Shown here: positions 61,820 through 64,000 of the stretch, piece after piece | Layout: the number at the start of each line of letters is the position of its first letter | Numbering within the stretch: position 1 is the stretch's first letter | NCBI GenBank assembly: GCA_938005465.1 | Contig: CALLNU010000019.1 | Location: 85,917 to 149,916, forward strand | From: an uncultured Collinsella sp. | GTDB lineage: Bacteria; Actinomycetota; Coriobacteriia; Coriobacteriales; Coriobacteriaceae | Length of the DNA: 64,000 bases | Reading direction: 5' to 3' | Translations under genes and position numbers: made by a program | Notes under the pieces: model-generated | What the model saw: only the letters and a program-made list of their open reading frames with translations | Told to the model about the DNA's origin: nothing | Database searches by the model: none

Positions 61820-62881
61820 CTATTCAATCATGCCGCGCTCGAGCGTACCGAGCGCCGCGCGGGCGTCCCATGCCGCAATTCGCTTCTCGGTCTTCCACGT
61901 TTGGAAGAACCAACCGGCAGCCGGCGCAAACGAAGCCAGCTGGTTGGCGATAAACACGCGCTCGTAGGCATTGCGGCCCTCGGGCGTAACCGACGAGTTG
62001 GCAAAGATCGCCGCGCCCGACCATTCGCCCACCAGCACGGGGAACCCAGTCGAAATCGCTTCTTTAAGCTCGCGCTTGTTGCGCGAAATCGCCGTCGTCA
62101 GCCCGCGGGGGCTCGTGATATCGAGCGCATACTCGTCGCGGTAATGGTACAGGTGAAGGTCCATGTAGACGTTCTTGTACTTGGCGCCGCGCATAAAATG
62201 CTTCCACTCGCTGGGATGCCCCGACGACGAGAAGACGACGATCTTATCCTCGGGCATATACGAACGGACGAGCTCGTAGGCATCGCGATAGAAATTGCGC
62301 AGGTAGTGGGCCGGAATGCCATCCGTCATGGCAAAGAGACTCTTGCGGACACTCATCTGCGGCGTATCCAGCAGCTCAATGCCCAGCAGGCTCTCGGCCT
62401 CGCCGTAACGCTCGGCCAAGCGCTCGAGCACGTCAAGCGCGACATGACGGCCGTTAGTGGACGAATGCCACTCGGCAACAGCCTCCGGCGTGGCGGGCGA
62501 ATCGTTGGAATCGCCCTGACCACCGGGCACAGTCGCCAGGTCAAGCAGCACGCGAATGTTGTACTTGGCAGCCCACTCAATCGCGCGGTCGATGTAATCG
62601 ACAACCGAGATGTAGGACGCATCGGACTCCTGCGAGCCAAAGGCATACCAGGGCACCGGCAGACGCACGGCATTGAGACCGATCTGCGCCATGCGACGGA
62701 AATCGTCCTCGCTCACAAACGTCTCGTAATGACGGCGCATGCGCTCGTTATAGGCGGCGGTGCCCATGGCCTCCTGCAGCTCGGCCGCGTTGGATGCACC
62801 GGTCGCCGCGTATAGCGACGGGGTCACCCAAGGCTCCGGAATAAACCAGCCAGAGAGATTAACGCCGAGTATCCTCTCCAT
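61820..62881 (-). CDS. Glycoside hydrolase family 5 protein (exo-1,3-beta-glucanase-like) with non-canonical catalytic motif
   Basis: GVNLSGWFIPEPW.TPSLY, GLNAVRLPV, D.H.Y, VGEWS, GWFFQTWK; the usual NEP is DTP. Confidence 0.85.
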   Translation of the reverse strand: MERILGVNLSGWFIPEPWVTPSLYAATGASNAAELQEAMGTAAYNERMRRHYETFVSEDDFRRMAQIGLNAVRLPVPWYAFGSQESDASYISVVDYIDRAIEWAAKYNIRVLLDLATVPGGQGDSNDSPATPEAVAEWHSSTNGRHVALDVLERLAERYGEAESLLGIELLDTPQMSVRKSLFAMTDGIPAHYLRNFYRDAYELVRSYMPEDKIVVFSSSGHPSEWKHFMRGAKYKNVYMDLHLYHYRDEYALDITSPRGLTTAISRNKRELKEAISTGFPVLVGEWSGAAIFANSSVTPEGRNAYERVFIANQLASFAPAAGWFFQTWKTEKRIAAWDARAALGTLERGMIE

Positions 62882-63076
62882 CACTGCCCCCTTTTGAATC
62901 ATACGGGCTAAGCCCGCATCGCTCTTGCATGACATATCTATCGATTTGAGTATACCCGCGCATGCAGACAGGCGACCGAACGGTCTACAAAGTGGCGCAA
63001 AAGTGGGAGGAATGTCTGGGACAGGTGGGCACGAGCTGGTGCGCCGAGATGTGCGCGCACGTCGGAAGTAAGCGCC

Positions 63077-63246
63077 GGAAAGCGCATCCCGTTCTGAGCG
63101 CGGGATCTGGGACGCAGTTTCCGCCAAAGACCGCAAAAGGAAAGCACATCCCATTCTGACGCCGGATTCCGGGTCGCGCTTTCCCAAGCGGCCTCAAAGC
63201 GGAAAACGCATCCCACTCTGAAGCCAAATTCCGGGACGCAGTTTCC
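63077..63246. repeat. Three 46-bp palindromic units with 16-bp unique spacers (62-bp period)
   Basis: Units start at 63077, 63139 and 63201; GGAAA.C.CATCCC..TCTGA...GGG.CGC..TTTCC. Confidence 0.92.
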
Positions 63247-63303
63247 GCAGAACCCTACATAAAAGAAAAGGACCCCTTTGCAGAGGTCCTAGTCAATTCA
63301 AGG

Positions 63304-63376
<73 letters not shown>

Positions 63377-63499
63377 ATTTGAGGTGTGCCTTGTTTCAAG
63401 GCTTGATTAGTATAACCAAGGACGCGTTCCGGTCAACCGAGAATTTTAAAAAAGTTTTTGAGCACAGCCTCGGTTCTATAAATCGGCACGTCAGAGACA

Positions 63500-63787
63500 T
63501 CAGCCGGCAGCAAGAAGTTTTTCGCTCAGAGCCGCACGGGCAAACTCACTTGGCGTCATCCCCTCGGCAGCCGCCCGTCGACGAATGGCCTCCTTCATTC
63601 CCAGAGGAATCTTGACCGACAGCGTTGCCGTCCCCTCACCTGGGAGCGGGGGCCGTCCATGCACGATCCCACCAACGGTGTGTTCGCCATCCGGAAACTC
63701 TCCGCGCTCGTACGACTCGCACCACGCGTCAATCATTTCATCCGTTACAACCTGACCATTAGCGGCCGTATACGTCTTGCCCATCAT
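63500..63787 (-). CDS. Ribbon-helix-helix (CopG-like) putative antitoxin
   Basis: GRPPL then TLSVKIP..MKEAIRRRAAAEGMTPSEFARAAL; start overlaps the upstream stop (ATGA). Confidence 0.8.
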   Translation of the reverse strand: MMGKTYTAANGQVVTDEMIDAWCESYERGEFPDGEHTVGGIVHGRPPLPGEGTATLSVKIPLGMKEAIRRRAAAEGMTPSEFARAALSEKLLAAG

Positions 63788-64000
63788 CGACCCCTTTGCC
63801 GAGCCTGTTCAATCTCCTGCCAAAATTTCTTCTGGACTGGAGACAAGGCATGAATGATAAGCCACCCACGGACAAGCTCGACCGCAACAAGTTCCACACT
63901 TCGACCATCTGGAAGCCATCCAATGGCAAGCCATCTCGGCGGCTCGTCCTCCGACTCGCGGCGAATGCACTCAGTAACCGCGAACCAGGCACCAAGCACC
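63784..64000 (-). CDS. Putative BrnT/RelE-fold toxin (5' end outside the window)
   Basis: RWLAIG..DGRSVELVAV...LIIHAL pattern; coupled to an RHH gene. Confidence 0.6.
   Translation of the reverse strand, partial: VLGAWFAVTECIRRESEDEPPRWLAIGWLPDGRSVELVAVELVRGWLIIHALSPVQKKFWQEIEQARQRGR

Noticed and set aside
62882..63187. N-terminal extension of the GH5 ORF in the track
   Set aside because: Runs through the repeat array; the GH5 motif starts at MERILGVN (62881) after an RBS.
63077..63246. CRISPR array call for the 46-bp repeats
   Set aside because: Units are degenerate, spacers are only 16 bp, there are three units and no cas gene; reported as a repeat family instead.

Overview
A GC-rich chromosomal segment whose gene content and codon style suggest a gut Coriobacteriia member, probably Collinsella-like (inference, no database search). 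It is mostly housekeeping and metabolic genes: feoAAB, HPr, ebgA-ebgC with an APC permease and a LacI regulator, aspS, serB, larB/larC/larA with a MIP channel, ppc, hisS, an M20 amidohydrolase, two YhgE/Pip proteins, htpG, an orphan cpsBCD module, phoR/phoB/pstB, a vanRS-like pair with a D,D-carboxypeptidase, serS, proC, rlmH, an SPFH protein, tatD, rsmA, metG, rsmI, a GH5 protein, a toxin-antitoxin pair and four tRNAs (Ser-GCT, Arg-ACG, Leu-CAG, Phe-GAA). No CRISPR array, prophage, integrase or transposase gene was seen. The most unusual signals are non-coding. (1) Two stand-alone paralogous AAA+/winged-helix ATPase genes each have six ~10-bp TG(C/T)TA(A/T)A repeats about 20 nt before the start codon and a palindromic structure downstream. 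(2) Two ~127-bp branched hairpins flank the larA-MIP locus, with identical loop modules but almost entirely different, compensatory 29-bp stems. (3) A 46-bp palindromic unit with 15-16-bp spacers forms short arrays at two distant sites. (4) Inverted tRNA-3'-end mimics lie tail-to-tail with two tRNA genes. (5) There are several other MITE/REP-like elements. Several proteins also show altered catalytic or regulatory motifs.
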